64,000 bases of DNA, taken from positions 2,953 through 66,952 of the forward strand of contig DATIWF010000116.1 of assembly GCA_035519535.1 (NCBI GenBank), in the 5' to 3' direction. Shown here piece after piece: positions 63,032 through 64,000 of this stretch. Source of the stretch: Vicinamibacterales bacterium (GTDB lineage Bacteria; Acidobacteriota; Vicinamibacteria; Vicinamibacterales; SCN-69-37). Positions within the stretch are counted from its first letter, which is position 1. The number at the start of each line of letters is the position of its first letter. Below the pieces are notes generated by a model that made no database searches, had not been told where the DNA came from, and saw only the letters and a program-made list of their open reading frames with translations. A program made the translations under genes and the position numbers.

Positions 63032-63982
63032 TTACGTACTTCTGTTCTGCGCCGCGAGTTCCGTCAGCGTGCCGGCGAGTCCGGTTGCGAGCGGCGTCAC
63101 GGAGAAGCCGAGATCGCGGATCGCGTCGGCGCTCGCGACGGGCCAGTCGTGCCTGAACACTTCGACGTCGCCGCGCGTGACGAGCGGCGGTTTGCCCGTG
63201 ACGCGCGCCCGCAGTTCTTCTTCGGCGCCGATGAGGTCGGCGAGCCAGTAGGGCAGGCGTCGCGGCAGGCGCGTGCCGAGGTGGTCGCGCAGGATCTCGA
63301 ACGCGCGCCATTGCGGGGCATTCTCGCCGCCGAGCTCGTAGCGCGATCCCGGCGTGGCCTTCTCGAGCGCGAGCGCGTGGCCGAGCGCGACGTCTGTGAC
63401 GTGCGCGAACGACCAGATGCGCTCGGGGCCGATGACGCCGGGCAGCTTGCCCGCGCGGTGGTCCGCGAGCAGCCGGCCGACGAGGTTGCCCTCCGACATC
63501 ACGCCCGGGCCGTAGACCACGCCGGGGTACAGCGTGACGATCGGCGCGCCGGCATCGCGCGCGCGCTGGGCGATGACGTTGGCGGCCGCTTTCGTACGCT
63601 GGTAGTCGTTGGCGAGGATGGGCGCGTCGTGGCCGGCGGGCGGCCGCGCCAGGAATGACGACGTGTAGACGAGGCGCGGGATCTTGAGGTCGCGGGTGAT
63701 CGCGATCGCGTGCTCGAGGCCGCCGACGTTGACGGCGTCGAACTCGCGCGGGTCCCGGCGCCACTGGCTCACGAGGGCAGCTGAGTGGCAGATGGCGTCC
63801 ACGCCGCGCGCGGCCGCCTCGAACGCGTCGCGGTCCCGCACGTCGCCGTCAATCGCGCGACCAGGGAGCCCGGCGCGTGTGGCCCCTCGCGCGAAGACGA
63901 TGACCTCGTGGCCGCGGGCCGCGAGCGTGTGCACGATGGTGCGCCCGAGGTACCCGGTGCCGCCCGTGACGAGCACGCGCAT
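63032..63982 (-). CDS. NAD-dependent epimerase/dehydratase family (extended SDR) protein
   Basis: 316 aa with Rossmann motif MRVLVTGGTGYLG and the YQRTK catalytic Y-x3-K. Confidence 0.88.
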   Translation of the reverse strand: MRVLVTGGTGYLGRTIVHTLAARGHEVIVFARGATRAGLPGRAIDGDVRDRDAFEAAARGVDAICHSAALVSQWRRDPREFDAVNVGGLEHAIAITRDLKIPRLVYTSSFLARPPAGHDAPILANDYQRTKAAANVIAQRARDAGAPIVTLYPGVVYGPGVMSEGNLVGRLLADHRAGKLPGVIGPERIWSFAHVTDVALGHALALEKATPGSRYELGGENAPQWRAFEILRDHLGTRLPRRLPYWLADLIGAEEELRARVTGKPPLVTRGDVEVFRHDWPVASADAIRDLGFSVTPLATGLAGTLTELAAQNRST

Positions 63983-64000
63983 AGCGCATTGTCCTACGTT

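Noticed and set aside
1-64000. Search for defence islands, prophage, integrases, transposases, toxin-antitoxin pairs and rRNA
   Set aside because: No ORF translation in the window shows integrase, transposase, Cas, restriction-modification, phage structural or toxin-antitoxin motifs that I can recognise. The only GC dips are short intergenic islands. I cannot exclude very divergent systems without profile searches.

Overview
This is a very GC-rich bacterial chromosomal window. Codon third positions are almost all G/C, so long spurious ORFs appear on every strand and I rejected most entries in the six-frame track. I can support about 58 protein genes, one tRNA and no rRNA, CRISPR array, transposase or integrase. 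The content is mostly housekeeping. It includes an RND efflux operon (adaptor, pump, TolC-like), an Slt lytic transglycosylase, an aminotransferase, a tandem ABC exporter pair and thiL. A long minus-strand block runs tRNA-Val, thrS, infC, rpmI, rplT, pheS, pheT, zapB-like, zapA. A second tightly coupled minus-strand chain runs hsp20, ymdB-like, xseA, xseB, ispA, tlyA, nadK. Other genes are ruvX, mltG, rpoZ-like, gatCA, lpxD, two M16 peptidases, lpxB, acnA, queG, yqgE, an acyl-CoA synthetase and an L,D-transpeptidase. The less ordinary parts are: (1) a co-oriented module of ECF sigma, anti-sigma, two secreted HEAT-repeat proteins and a giant BNR/VPS10 propeller protein, whose Shine-Dalgarno (SD) sequence sits in a perfect hairpin; (2) a secreted protein, matrixin metalloprotease and beta-barrel trio translationally chained to lpxB; (3) divergent hsp20 genes sharing an AT-rich bidirectional promoter with a perfect 10-1-10 palindrome that does not match CIRCE or HAIR as I remember them; (4) a 276-bp intergenic 20/21-bp tandem array built from one-stranded CGATTG motifs; (5) a roughly 117-bp AT-cored direct/inverted repeat element that supplies the C-terminus of Slt; (6) a repeat-rich, probably structured rplT-pheS leader; (7) short tandem repeats specific to each locus in many intergenic spacers; and (8) several probable leaderless starts. 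I did not find a clear-cut novel defence or mobile system. The gene content is reminiscent of Acidobacteriota or Gemmatimonadota, but that is inference only.
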